The notes beneath the pieces are model-generated. The model worked only from the letters and a program-made list of their open reading frames with translations, searched no databases and was not told the DNA's origin. From an uncultured Candidatus Actinomarina sp. (lineage in GTDB: Bacteria > Actinomycetota > Acidimicrobiia > Actinomarinales > Actinomarinaceae), in assembly GCA_902634185.1 (NCBI GenBank), contig CACPJC010000001.1:64001-128000 (forward strand): DNA of 64,000 nucleotides, given 5' to 3'. Below are positions 1-10,115 of this stretch, piece after piece. The translations under genes were made by a program, and so were the position numbers. Every line of letters begins with the position of its first letter. Within the stretch, counting starts at the first letter, position 1.

Positions 1-1
1 T

Positions 2-253
2 AAAGTTGGTACAGGTTATTTGAGAAGGCTTGTAGGTCCAAATGGACCATTTTGGGGTTGCACTGATAATAGAGAAACTGATTGTAGTTCTATGAAACCA
101 TACACTGATGAAAATGCAGAAACATGTCATCAATGCTCTGAAGGAAAAATTATAAAAAGTTGGAACAGAAGACAAAATAGACCTTTTTGGTCATGCAGTG
201 AGTACTCAAATGGATGTAGATGGACTGAACCGTATGGAAACTCTTCTTCATAG
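2..253 (+). CDS. C-terminal fragment of a protein with tandem topoisomerase-type C4 zinc ribbons (5'-truncated by the window edge)
   Basis: Frame is open from base 2 (KVGTGYLRRLVGPNGPFWGC...). Two ribbon repeats: GPFWGC..C and CHQC...RPFWSCSEYSNGC. Confidence 0.7.
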   Translation, partial: KVGTGYLRRLVGPNGPFWGCTDNRETDCSSMKPYTDENAETCHQCSEGKIIKSWNRRQNRPFWSCSEYSNGCRWTEPYGNSSS

Positions 254-271
254 CTATTAATATCTAAAATA

Positions 272-1711
272 ATGGCTAATTATTCAAAAGATCAGATAAA
301 CGCAATTGAGAATTTTCAAGCATTCTTAGATCATGTTGCAAACGTCATGATTATTAAAGGAACTGCTGGTTCAGGAAAAACAACCCTTATTAAACAATTT
401 TCCAAAATTTGCAAAGAACAGGGTTGGAGATTTATCCCTTTAGGTGTTTGGGGAAGGAGCTCAAGTGCTATTACCCAAATAACAGGGCTTCCTGCTGTCA
501 CTGTGGCCAAATATATTAATGTTAATAAAAGAATAGAAAGCGGTGAAGAGGTCAAGCCTAATGGTGAGCCTTATGAAGACTTTAATGATTGGTTTAGAGC
601 TCTTCATTTACGTCTTTTTTCAAGAGCAGTAGAAGCAATTCAAAAATTTTTTTCCAACGAAGAGGAGGAGTTGAAAGGAGATTTGCTAATTATAGATGAG
701 GCTAGTTGCATTAATGATAGGGAGCTAGCAAATCTAACTGATCTCGCAATCAATAACTCAATGGATGACATAAAAATAGTATTTATAGGGGACGATTGTC
801 AATTACCTCCTGTGGCACAGAGTGGAAACAAGAGCAATGGACTTGTCAAAGATTATATGGAGTCTGAGTTGGGACTTGTGTGTTATCCCGAAGTTGAATT
901 AATTGAATCTCACAGAGCAGCCGAAGGTCCATTGTTTGAGTTAGGTCAAAAACTGAGACCTATGGCAAAATCAAATGGATCTGGTGAAGAGGCCAGAAGA
1001 AGTATTACAGGCAGCATAAATAATGAAGAAATCCTGGGTTATGGCGAAGATGCAATTAGAAAAGTTTGCAAAGAAGTATTTCAGGGCAGTCCAGATGATG
1101 TCATATTTATTACTGATAGCAATATGAGTTGTTTGGAGTGGGGAAGAAGACTCCGAAAAGAATATTTTTCTGATTCCTTTAGTGCCGTTGTTGTTGGAGA
1201 AAGGCTTCGATCTGATTCAAACGGATTAAAAGATGTGATATTAAAGGGTGACGAATTTGAAGTTTTAGAGATTTTAAATTCTGATGTTGGTGATTTTTAT
1301 ATCCTTAAAGTAAGAGAGGTGTCTAGAAGGCAAGAGTACTCAGGATGGAACATATTACAAAGATTAGATCAATTGTTTGATGTCTTTACACCCAATAGAG
1401 AATTTAATATTGCCGTTTATAAGCCAGTCTTTAAAGATGATGATGAAATGCTATCTAGGGGTTTGTGGAGAAAAGTTGAGGAAAAATGGGATGAGCTTGG
1501 TTGGGAGAATGAAGATGAAGGAAGAGTTGTTCAAGATATAACATGGTGCCGGTATTCATACACTTCAACTGTTTACTCTGCTCAGGGAGGCGAGTGGGAT
1601 ACAGTTGTTCTTAATGTTTCTCCACCAAGTCGTTCAACAAGTGATATTGCTCGATACTGGTATACAGCAGCTACTAGAGCAAAAAAACAATTACTAGTTA
1701 TGTTAGGTTAA
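272..1711 (+). CDS. RecD/Dda-like superfamily 1B helicase
   Basis: Walker A GTAGSGKTT, Walker B LIIDEAS, motif III FIGDDCQLPPV, motif V TVYSAQGGEW, motif VI YTAATRAK. Confidence 0.85.
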   Translation: MANYSKDQINAIENFQAFLDHVANVMIIKGTAGSGKTTLIKQFSKICKEQGWRFIPLGVWGRSSSAITQITGLPAVTVAKYINVNKRIESGEEVKPNGEPYEDFNDWFRALHLRLFSRAVEAIQKFFSNEEEELKGDLLIIDEASCINDRELANLTDLAINNSMDDIKIVFIGDDCQLPPVAQSGNKSNGLVKDYMESELGLVCYPEVELIESHRAAEGPLFELGQKLRPMAKSNGSGEEARRSITGSINNEEILGYGEDAIRKVCKEVFQGSPDDVIFITDSNMSCLEWGRRLRKEYFSDSFSAVVVGERLRSDSNGLKDVILKGDEFEVLEILNSDVGDFYILKVREVSRRQEYSGWNILQRLDQLFDVFTPNREFNIAVYKPVFKDDDEMLSRGLWRKVEEKWDELGWENEDEGRVVQDITWCRYSYTSTVYSAQGGEWDTVVLNVSPPSRSTSDIARYWYTAATRAKKQLLVMLG

Positions 1712-1793
1712 ACAGTTTCTCCAATCTTGAAGTTAAATGATAAAGGTTCAAGTTCAACATGCATACAGAAACCTACCTATTTAAAATAAGTTT

Positions 1794-3353
1794 ATGCCTA
1801 GAGAATCAAGTACAGACTTCAAACAGACTCTTTGGAAAACAGCAGACTCACTTCGTGCGCAAATGGATGCAGCCGAATACAAACACATTGTTCTAGGGCT
1901 TATATTCCTTAAATATATTTCAGACTCCTTTACAGAACAAAAAGAGAGAATTAAAGCATTAGTTACTGATCCAAAATCTGATTTCTTTATTTCAGAAAAT
2001 CTCTCAGATATCAATGAAAAAGACTTAGAAGACAGAGACTACTACACACAAGATAATGTATTTTGGGTACCAGAATCTGCAAGATGGGAGACACTAAGAG
2101 CACAGGGGAAACAATCAGATATTGGCGCGATTATTGATCGTGCAATGAGCGATATTGAGACAGAGAACAAATCACTGAAAGGAAAATTAGACAAACGTTT
2201 CGGAAGAACAGAGCTTGGTGCTGGTAAATTAGGAGAACTTATAGACCTTATCTCCACTATTGGATTTACAGAAGAACAAAATGCTGGAGATATGTTAGGT
2301 GAAGTCTATGAATACTTCCTAGGGCAGTTTGCTTCAGCTGAAGGTAAAAAAGGTGGACAGTTCTATACCCCACGTCATGTAGTAAAAACCTTAGTTGCTG
2401 TGCTCTCTCCACATAAAGGCAGAGTTTATGATCCATGTTGTGGATCAGGTGGAATGTTTATACAAAGCGAAGACTTTGTTACATCCCATGGTGGTAAACG
2501 AGATGATATCTCAATTTATGGACAAGAAAGCAATCCTACTACATGGAGACTTGCTGCAATGAACCTAGCTATAAGAGGTCTAGCTGCAGATTTAGGTAAA
2601 GAGCCAGGTGATACCTTTGGAAATGATCAACATCCAGATACAAAGTTTGATTATGTAATTGCAAACCCACCATTCAATATTTCTGACTGGGGTGGTGAAA
2701 AGTATGACGATGATCCTCGCTGGGTATATGGTAGACCTCCAGTTGGTAATGCGAACTATGCATGGCTACAACATATGTTATCGAAACTTGGTCCTGGTGG
2801 CCAAGCAGGAGTAGTGCTTGCTAATGGTTCTATGAGCTCAAATACTTCTGGAGAGGGTGAGATTAGAAAAGCTATGATTGAAGATGATGTTGTCGAAGTC
2901 ATGATTGCGCTTCCAGGACAATTATTCTTAAATACACAAATTCCAGTTTGTTTATGGTTTTTAACAAATGATAAAACTAAAAATGGAAGAAACAGAAAAA
3001 ACGAGACGCTTTTTATTGATGCTAGGAATCTTGGAACTATGGAAACAAGGGTACTCAAAGTTTTAACTGATGAAGATATAAGAAAAGTTCAAGATACCGT
3101 TTCTTCATGGAGAAGTGGAAAAGAATATAATGATGTTGAAGGGTATTGCATCAGTTCTACCACTGAAGAAATTAAAAATAAAGATTATATTTTAACTCCT
3201 GGAAGGTATGTTGGTTTTGCAAACAAAGAAGAAGATGGTGCTTCTTTTGATAATAAAATTAAATATTTATTGAATACTTTAAAAGAACAACAGGAAGAAT
3301 CGAAAAATTTAGACAAAAAAATAAATTTAATTAACAATCTGTTTGATGAGTAA
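1794..3353 (+). CDS. hsdM: Type I restriction-modification N6-adenine methyltransferase subunit
   Basis: LWKTADSLR N-terminus, GQFYTP, SAM motif YDPCCGSGG, catalytic NPPF. Confidence 0.97.
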   Translation: MPRESSTDFKQTLWKTADSLRAQMDAAEYKHIVLGLIFLKYISDSFTEQKERIKALVTDPKSDFFISENLSDINEKDLEDRDYYTQDNVFWVPESARWETLRAQGKQSDIGAIIDRAMSDIETENKSLKGKLDKRFGRTELGAGKLGELIDLISTIGFTEEQNAGDMLGEVYEYFLGQFASAEGKKGGQFYTPRHVVKTLVAVLSPHKGRVYDPCCGSGGMFIQSEDFVTSHGGKRDDISIYGQESNPTTWRLAAMNLAIRGLAADLGKEPGDTFGNDQHPDTKFDYVIANPPFNISDWGGEKYDDDPRWVYGRPPVGNANYAWLQHMLSKLGPGGQAGVVLANGSMSSNTSGEGEIRKAMIEDDVVEVMIALPGQLFLNTQIPVCLWFLTNDKTKNGRNRKNETLFIDARNLGTMETRVLKVLTDEDIRKVQDTVSSWRSGKEYNDVEGYCISSTTEEIKNKDYILTPGRYVGFANKEEDGASFDNKIKYLLNTLKEQQEESKNLDKKINLINNLFDE

Positions 3354-4575
3354 AAAAAATTTCAGGCTTTCAGAGATTATCAGTCTAATCGGAGGAGGAA
3401 CTCCCAAAAGGTCAATGAAAGAATATTGGAATGGGGATATACCTTGGTTAGTAGTTAGTGACTTTAATAATGACTCGAGATATGTTGAAAAGTCAAGTGA
3501 GAAAATTACACAGCTTGGCCTTGATAACAGTAGTACAAAATTACTCAAACCTGGAATGCTTATTATTTCAGCTAGAGGGACAGTTGGAAAGTTGGCTCAA
3601 TTAAATTCAGAGATGGCATTTAGTCAGTCTTGTTATGGAATCGACGCAAAGACAGAATTTACTAATAATGACTATCTATATTATCTCTTAAAAGTGAAAA
3701 TTAAAGAATTGCAGTCACTTGCTCATGGTTCAATTTTTGACACAATTATAAGATCGACTTTTGATAATATTTTTGTTGATATCCCCTCACATAAAGAACA
3801 AGAGCAGGTCGTAAGTATTTTAAGCAATCTTGATAAAAAAATAAAAAATAATGAAGAACAAAACAAAACTCTTGAACAAATTGCAAAAACACTCTTCAAA
3901 TCTTGGTTTATAGATTTTGATCCAGTAAGAGCAAAAGTAGAAGGAAGGCCTACAGGACTGTCAAAGGAAATAAGTGATCTATTTCCTTCTGAGTTGATTG
4001 ATTCAGAACTTGGGGAGGTTCCAAAAGGGTGGCATGCTACGGATCTGAAATCCGTAGCAAAAATTTCTGGTGGTAAGGTACTTGATAAGACAGAATTTGA
4101 CGAGTTAGGAGAGGTTCCGGTCTATGGAGGAAATGGAATTATGGGATGGACTAACAAATCAAACATCTCTGATTTTGCTATTTTATTCGGTCGTGTAGGA
4201 GCAAACTGTGGAAGCATTCACTGGGTCTATGAAACTGCTTGGGTAGGAAACAATGCCTCGTCTATTGTGCCGTTGAACCATGGTGAGTTTGTTTTACAAA
4301 CGCTTCTTATGAAGGATTTCGAGAATTTGCGATCTGGATCTGCTCAACCATTTATTTCAAATAGCGCTCTAGGTTCAATTCGCATCTTAATGCCGAGTGA
4401 TGATATTTTGGACCATTATTGTCGATTAATTCATAGTATTCGTCTTCGTCAGGTTTTAATTTCGAATGAAAACAAACTGCTATCTAAGTTAAGAGATACT
4501 CTGATGCCTAAACTCATTTCGGGTGAGTTGAAAATCCCAGATGCAGAGAGTCTTATTCAAGAGGCAAATATTTAA
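3346..4575 (+). CDS. hsdS: Type I R-M specificity subunit (two TRDs)
   Basis: GGGTP...YWNGDIPW, central LFKSWFIDFDP...SELGEVPKGW, terminal LRDTLMPKLISGEL. Overlaps hsdM stop; ATG at 3346. Confidence 0.95.
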   Translation: MSKKNFRLSEIISLIGGGTPKRSMKEYWNGDIPWLVVSDFNNDSRYVEKSSEKITQLGLDNSSTKLLKPGMLIISARGTVGKLAQLNSEMAFSQSCYGIDAKTEFTNNDYLYYLLKVKIKELQSLAHGSIFDTIIRSTFDNIFVDIPSHKEQEQVVSILSNLDKKIKNNEEQNKTLEQIAKTLFKSWFIDFDPVRAKVEGRPTGLSKEISDLFPSELIDSELGEVPKGWHATDLKSVAKISGGKVLDKTEFDELGEVPVYGGNGIMGWTNKSNISDFAILFGRVGANCGSIHWVYETAWVGNNASSIVPLNHGEFVLQTLLMKDFENLRSGSAQPFISNSALGSIRILMPSDDILDHYCRLIHSIRLRQVLISNENKLLSKLRDTLMPKLISGELKIPDAESLIQEANI

Positions 4576-7500
4576 TGAATATAATCACTGAAGAGCAACT
4601 TGAACAATTATGCATTGATTGGTTTGTTGAACTTGGATATAAATACAAAGATGGTCATGATATTGCACCAGAAAGTAATAATCCTGAAAGAGATGATTTT
4701 AGAAAAGTTGTTCTTGAAGACAGACTGAAATCTTCTTTAATTAGAATAAATCCCGACATTCCGATAGAGACAATTAATAACGCTTCTTCTGAAATACTTA
4801 ACCCAAACCTACCTGGACTTCTGCAATCTAATCGTGAGATGCATAAATTGATGACAAAAGGATTAAAAATTACTTTTACTGAAGATAATCAAGAAGTTGG
4901 CAAGCAATTAAAACTTATTGATTATGACAATGTAGAAAATAATGATTGGTTAATTGTAAATCAGTTTGAAGTGCAGGGAGATCAGAGACTTCGAATTCCA
5001 GACGTTATAGTTTTTGTAAATGGACTTCCTCTAGGAGTAATTGAACTTAAAAACCCTGCAGATGAAAATACAGATATCTGGGCTGCATACAATCAACTTC
5101 AAACTTATAAAGATAATATTCCTGATCTATTTAATACCAATGGTGTACTGGTAATCTCTGATGGTATTCAAGCAAGAATGGGGTCATTGACAGCAAATCA
5201 AGAACGTTTTATGAGGTGGAGAACTATTGATGGTGAGACAGTTGATCCACTAGGAGAATATCAGGATCTAGAAACTTTAATAAAAGGTCTTTTTAATAAA
5301 GAAATATTTTTAAATTACATAAAATATTTTTGCATTTTTGAAGATGATAAATCAATTATTAAAAAAATTGCAGGATACCACCAGTATCATGCATCACAAA
5401 AAGCACTAGAAAATGTAGTAAAGGCATCAAAAGAAGACGGAGATAAAAAAGGTGGTGTCGTCTGGCATACACAGGGTGCTGGAAAAAGCTTAGAGATGAC
5501 CTGTCTTGCTGGACAACTACTTTCAGATATTCGACTTGGAAACCCAACCATAGTGATGGTTACAGATAGACAAGATTTAGATGGCCAACTCTTTGGTGTG
5601 TTTAATGATGCAGGAGATTTACTAGGTGAATCACCAAAACAAGCAAACTCCATCAAGGAATTAAAAGAACTGCTGTCAGATAGACCATCTGGTGGAATTA
5701 TTTTTACTACTATCCAGAAATTTAGATCAGAAAAAGATGAGGAGAGATTCTCTGTATTGACTGATAGACACAATGTTGTTGTGATGTGTGATGAAGCACA
5801 TAGAACGCAGTATGGTTTCAAAGGTGTAATTGACCAGAAAACAGGACAAATGAAATATGGACTAGCTCGAGCATTGAGAGATGCTTTACCAAACGCAACC
5901 TTTATAGCATTTACAGGAACCCCTATTTCTCAAGAAGACAGAGATACACAAGCAGTATTTGGAGAATATGTAGATGTCTATGATATTCAACAAGCAGTAG
6001 AGGATGGGGCAACTGTTCCAATTTATTATGAATCACGTCTTGCAAAAATTAAGCTTAATGAATCCAAAGCAACACTTATTGACGAAGAAGTAGAAGATAT
6101 TTTCGAAGACGGAATTGAAGATGATGAACAACAAGAGAAAGCAAAATCAAGATGGTCTCAGATAGAGGCTTTAGTTGGAGCTCAACCTAGATTAGAAGAA
6201 GTTTCAAAAGATCTAATTGAACATTATGAAACGCGATCAAAAACCCAACCAGGAAAAGCACTGGTTGTTGGCATGAGTAGAGATATCTGTGCAAGACTTT
6301 ATGATGAAATAATTAAGATAAGACCAGAGTGGCACAATGATGACAACAATAAAGGCTCTATAAAAGTAGTAATGACAGCATCAGCTGCAGATGAAAAACA
6401 TTTACAACCACACCATACTTCAAAACAGCAAAAAAAAGATTTAGAGAAAAGATTTAAAGACCCATCAGATGAATTAAAAATTGTAATTGTTAGAGATATG
6501 TGGTTAACAGGTTTTGATGCACCATGTTTAACAACCATGTATGTTGATAAGCCTATGAAGGGAGCTAACTTAGCCCAAGCTATAGCAAGAGTGAACAGAG
6601 TTTTTGCTGATAAACCAGGGGGCTTGATTGTTGATTATATAGGTATTGCACCTCAATTAAAAGAAGCTTTGGCAACATACAGTGCTGCAAAAGGTAAAGG
6701 TAGACCAACTGTAGATACAAGCGAAGCATTGAGAATATTAGAAGAAAAACTCATGGTGGCTAGAGACTTACTTCATCCAGTTGATTGGTCAGATTTTAAA
6801 AATAATGCTTTAAAACTTCTGCCAGAATGTATTGATCATGTTTTAGAACAAGAGGATGGAAGAAAAAGATACTGTGATACAGTACTAACCATTACAAAAT
6901 CATTTGCACTTTGTGGTGCTACTGATGAGGCAATGAAATTTTCAGAAGAAGTAGCATTTCATCAAGCTATTACGGCTCCCCTTATCAAGACTGAAAAGAA
7001 AGGTGGAAGAGGAGAATACAAGGATATAGATTTTGAGTTAAAACAATTAATTTCAGAATCCCTTGTTGTAGAAGATGTTGCAGATATTTTTAAAATTGCT
7101 GGTCTAGAAAAACTTGATATATCAATTCTTTCTGAGGAGTTTTTGAAAGAGGTACAAAAAATGCCTTATAAAGATTTAGCGGTAGAACTTTTACAAAGAC
7201 TTATTAATGATGAAGTTAAATCAAAGTTTAGAACCAACTTAGTTAAGCAAAGGAAATTTAGCGATCTGCTGACAAACTCATTAATTAAATATAACAATCG
7301 GTCTATTGAAGCTGCTCAGGTAATAGAAGAGCTAGTAGCTATGGCAAACGAATTTAAAAAAGACTTAGAGAAATCAAAAGAGCTAAATCTAAGTTCAGCG
7401 GAAAATGCTTTCTACGATGCACTCTCTAATAACAAATCTGCAGAGGAACTCATGGGAGAAGAAGTGCTTGTAAAAATTGCAGTAGAGATTGCAGAGAAGC

Positions 7501-7673
7501 TAAGAAATAATGTAACCGTAGATTGGTCAGTAAGGGAATCTGTCCGTGCAAGATTAAGACTTTTAGTAAAAAATCTATTGAGAAAATATAAATACCCGCC
7601 AGATAGCCAAGATGAAGCGGTTGAATTAGTTTTATCTCAAGCAGAAACTATTTCTAAAGAACTAGTTTCTTAA
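4575..7673 (+). CDS. hsdR: Type I R-M restriction/translocase subunit
   Basis: Nuclease motif PD...NGLPLGVIELK, Walker A WHTQGAGKS, DEAHR, FTGTP, MWLTGFD, QAIARVNR. Confidence 0.97.
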   Translation: MNIITEEQLEQLCIDWFVELGYKYKDGHDIAPESNNPERDDFRKVVLEDRLKSSLIRINPDIPIETINNASSEILNPNLPGLLQSNREMHKLMTKGLKITFTEDNQEVGKQLKLIDYDNVENNDWLIVNQFEVQGDQRLRIPDVIVFVNGLPLGVIELKNPADENTDIWAAYNQLQTYKDNIPDLFNTNGVLVISDGIQARMGSLTANQERFMRWRTIDGETVDPLGEYQDLETLIKGLFNKEIFLNYIKYFCIFEDDKSIIKKIAGYHQYHASQKALENVVKASKEDGDKKGGVVWHTQGAGKSLEMTCLAGQLLSDIRLGNPTIVMVTDRQDLDGQLFGVFNDAGDLLGESPKQANSIKELKELLSDRPSGGIIFTTIQKFRSEKDEERFSVLTDRHNVVVMCDEAHRTQYGFKGVIDQKTGQMKYGLARALRDALPNATFIAFTGTPISQEDRDTQAVFGEYVDVYDIQQAVEDGATVPIYYESRLAKIKLNESKATLIDEEVEDIFEDGIEDDEQQEKAKSRWSQIEALVGAQPRLEEVSKDLIEHYETRSKTQPGKALVVGMSRDICARLYDEIIKIRPEWHNDDNNKGSIKVVMTASAADEKHLQPHHTSKQQKKDLEKRFKDPSDELKIVIVRDMWLTGFDAPCLTTMYVDKPMKGANLAQAIARVNRVFADKPGGLIVDYIGIAPQLKEALATYSAAKGKGRPTVDTSEALRILEEKLMVARDLLHPVDWSDFKNNALKLLPECIDHVLEQEDGRKRYCDTVLTITKSFALCGATDEAMKFSEEVAFHQAITAPLIKTEKKGGRGEYKDIDFELKQLISESLVVEDVADIFKIAGLEKLDISILSEEFLKEVQKMPYKDLAVELLQRLINDEVKSKFRTNLVKQRKFSDLLTNSLIKYNNRSIEAAQVIEELVAMANEFKKDLEKSKELNLSSAENAFYDALSNNKSAEELMGEEVLVKIAVEIAEKLRNNVTVDWSVRESVRARLRLLVKNLLRKYKYPPDSQDEAVELVLSQAETISKELVS

Positions 7674-7768
7674 TTTTTGCATATCCGCGGTAATAAAATG
7701 TTCTTTATAACTGCCAAAACTGCCAAAAGTAAATTAGGTCGTCTGAAAACAACCTGTACAATATATAT

Positions 7769-9610
7769 ATGGATAAAAGAATATCTAAATCATTCAGGGT
7801 CATTTTTTCCAGTTTGTACCCAAATTTCAATGAAGAAGAAGCAAAAAACTCTGAAAAATACTTTAATTTCATCCTTGCAAATTTTCCTGATAGATCAGAA
7901 ATCACATTACTAAAAATTGTCTTTTTTATCTTTTCTTTTGGAATAAGAAAAGTGTTCATAAAAGACAAAAATATTCCTAAATTTGTACAAAATCTACAAA
8001 ACTCGAACCTATCATTAATCAGAAAACTCGGTTCAGGTATGACAGCATTATTTGGATTGAGCACGGCCAGGTCACTTGATGGTGAGGGCTCTGTATATAA
8101 ACATCTTGATTATCCGATCTATAAAAATACAACAATTGAAAAAAAAGATATATCAATTCCAAAAAGTATCGAAGTAGCAGTGATTGGAAGTGGTTCTGGT
8201 GGAGGTGTAGCAGCCAATATTCTCAATGAAAAATATGAAGTAGGTCTCTTCGAAAAAGGAAGTTATGGCAATGGTCAGACAAATAATGAAACATTCGGAT
8301 ATCACAACTTCTATGACACTAACGGAATACAACAAACGAGAGGATATAAAGTCTTACTTTTAGCTGGAATGGGAATTGGTGGAGGTACCAGTGTAAATTG
8401 GACTACTTCTCTTCGAACACCTGACAAGATATTAAGTGAATGGGACTCGCTTACAGGACAAGACAACTATTTCAATTCCAGTGAATTTAAAAACAGTATG
8501 GATTATGTCTGTAAAGAATTAAATGTTGATGTAGAAAATAATCGAATCCCACAAAAAGAAGAGAAATTGGCAGAGGGTTTAGAGCTTAATGATCTAAGTT
8601 ATAAAATTATCCCGAGGAATACCAGTAATGCAGATTGCACAGAATCTGGCTTCAGTACTTTTGGTCGTTACGACGAAAGTATAAACTCCACTAACAAAGT
8701 TTGGTTTTCAGAAGATAAATTTGAACCCAACAATGTGTTCAGTGATACAAATATCAAAAGCCTTGATATATCAAATGGAAAAGCAACACACATTAATGTT
8801 GAAAATAATGGGACATTACATAAAGTTGGCGTTGATAAGGTGATTCTTGCTGCTGGTTCCCTCAATACACCTAAAATATTGCTTGATAGTGGATATAGAA
8901 ATAAACATCTTGGTCATAATTTAAAACTACATCCTGTTTCAGGTGTTGCCGGTAAATTCTCGGATGAACAGAAACCATGGGCAGGGACAATGCAGGGTAT
9001 TTATTCAGATGATAATTTGTTTATGAAAGATAATTATGGATACCTGTTGGAAGGGCTTCCAATGCATCCAAGTCTTTTCTTTCCGTTTTTTCCAAATAAC
9101 ACAGATAAATTTGATGATTTTGTTGAAAGTTACAATCATTGGTCTGGAGGAATAGTTCTAACATCAGACACAAGCTCTGGGTCTATCATCAATAAGAACC
9201 CCCAACATTTATGGGATTATAATTTAAACGATTTTGATCATAAGAATTTGATGCATGGAATTGAAAACCTTGTGCGAGCAAATTATTTAGCCGGTGCAGA
9301 AGAGATCATGGTTGCAGCCTCTCCTACAATGCATTGGAAAAAATCATCAAATATAGATATCGAAGCATTCATTAATGACATCAGAGCAATAAAAAATCAG
9401 CCTTTTAGAATGCTACTTGGTTCAGCGCACCAAATGGGAACTGCAAGAATAAATCCAGATCCAAATCTAGGAGTTACTGATATTGATGGAAAAGTACATG
9501 GATTAGATAATGTTTACATTGTTGACTCATCGGTGTTTCCTAGATGTTCTGGGGTGAATCCAATGGTGACTATACAGTCAACAAGTCATTTTTTAACGTC
9601 GAAAATTTAA
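7769..9610 (+). CDS. GMC-family flavoprotein oxidoreductase, long-chain alcohol oxidase-like
   Basis: FAD motif VIGSGSGGG, GGGTSVNW, C-terminal SAHQMGT and FPRCSGVNP. Confidence 0.85.
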   Translation: MDKRISKSFRVIFSSLYPNFNEEEAKNSEKYFNFILANFPDRSEITLLKIVFFIFSFGIRKVFIKDKNIPKFVQNLQNSNLSLIRKLGSGMTALFGLSTARSLDGEGSVYKHLDYPIYKNTTIEKKDISIPKSIEVAVIGSGSGGGVAANILNEKYEVGLFEKGSYGNGQTNNETFGYHNFYDTNGIQQTRGYKVLLLAGMGIGGGTSVNWTTSLRTPDKILSEWDSLTGQDNYFNSSEFKNSMDYVCKELNVDVENNRIPQKEEKLAEGLELNDLSYKIIPRNTSNADCTESGFSTFGRYDESINSTNKVWFSEDKFEPNNVFSDTNIKSLDISNGKATHINVENNGTLHKVGVDKVILAAGSLNTPKILLDSGYRNKHLGHNLKLHPVSGVAGKFSDEQKPWAGTMQGIYSDDNLFMKDNYGYLLEGLPMHPSLFFPFFPNNTDKFDDFVESYNHWSGGIVLTSDTSSGSIINKNPQHLWDYNLNDFDHKNLMHGIENLVRANYLAGAEEIMVAASPTMHWKKSSNIDIEAFINDIRAIKNQPFRMLLGSAHQMGTARINPDPNLGVTDIDGKVHGLDNVYIVDSSVFPRCSGVNPMVTIQSTSHFLTSKI

Positions 9611-9611
9611 T

Positions 9612-10115
9612 TTACGGATAGTTCTTATCAGGTATAAAAAATGTCTGAGCCCTGGCTTGACCTAAGTTTATAAACAATCCAGAAGATTCAACATGCACTT
9701 CTTCACCAGAGAATATTATTGATTCGGTATAAACTTTTTTTCCATCAATCTCTTTAACCCAAGCACTTAATTCAAACTCTTCTTCAACTGGACATGGTGA
9801 TCTATAGTTCACTTCAAGATTGGCTGTCACACACCAGAGGTTGTGGGTAACGGTTGCATACCCCATCATTTCATCTAATACTGTTGAAAGTATCCCACCA
9901 TGTACCAGACCGGGTCCTCCCTCAAATCTTTTCTCAAATATATATTTAGCATATATTTTTTGATCTTTGATTACAGGAACCATTTTCATGCTCTGGGGGT
10001 TTTCTACGCCACTTACAAATGAAGAGTCTGGATATATATCTTGCAAAACAGTTCCCTCAGACCATCCAGGGCTTGTAATTTCTAAATTGTCTCCAGTTAT
10101 GAATTTATAGTCCAT
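9612..10115 (-). CDS. PaaI/hotdog-fold thioesterase
   Basis: EGGPGLVHGGILSTVLDEMMG and VTANLEVNYRSP motifs. Confidence 0.9.
   Translation of the reverse strand: MDYKFITGDNLEITSPGWSEGTVLQDIYPDSSFVSGVENPQSMKMVPVIKDQKIYAKYIFEKRFEGGPGLVHGGILSTVLDEMMGYATVTHNLWCVTANLEVNYRSPCPVEEEFELSAWVKEIDGKKVYTESIIFSGEEVHVESSGLFINLGQARAQTFFIPDKNYP

Noticed and set aside
7695-7712. Possible dif/Xer site (minus strand ATAAAGAACATTTTAT)
   Set aside because: The XerD arm does not match TTATGTNAA; similarity is too weak.
7677-8064. ORFs 7677-7913 (+) and 7705-8064 (-)
   Set aside because: They overlap the GMC oxidoreductase in other frames and have no motifs; shadow ORFs.
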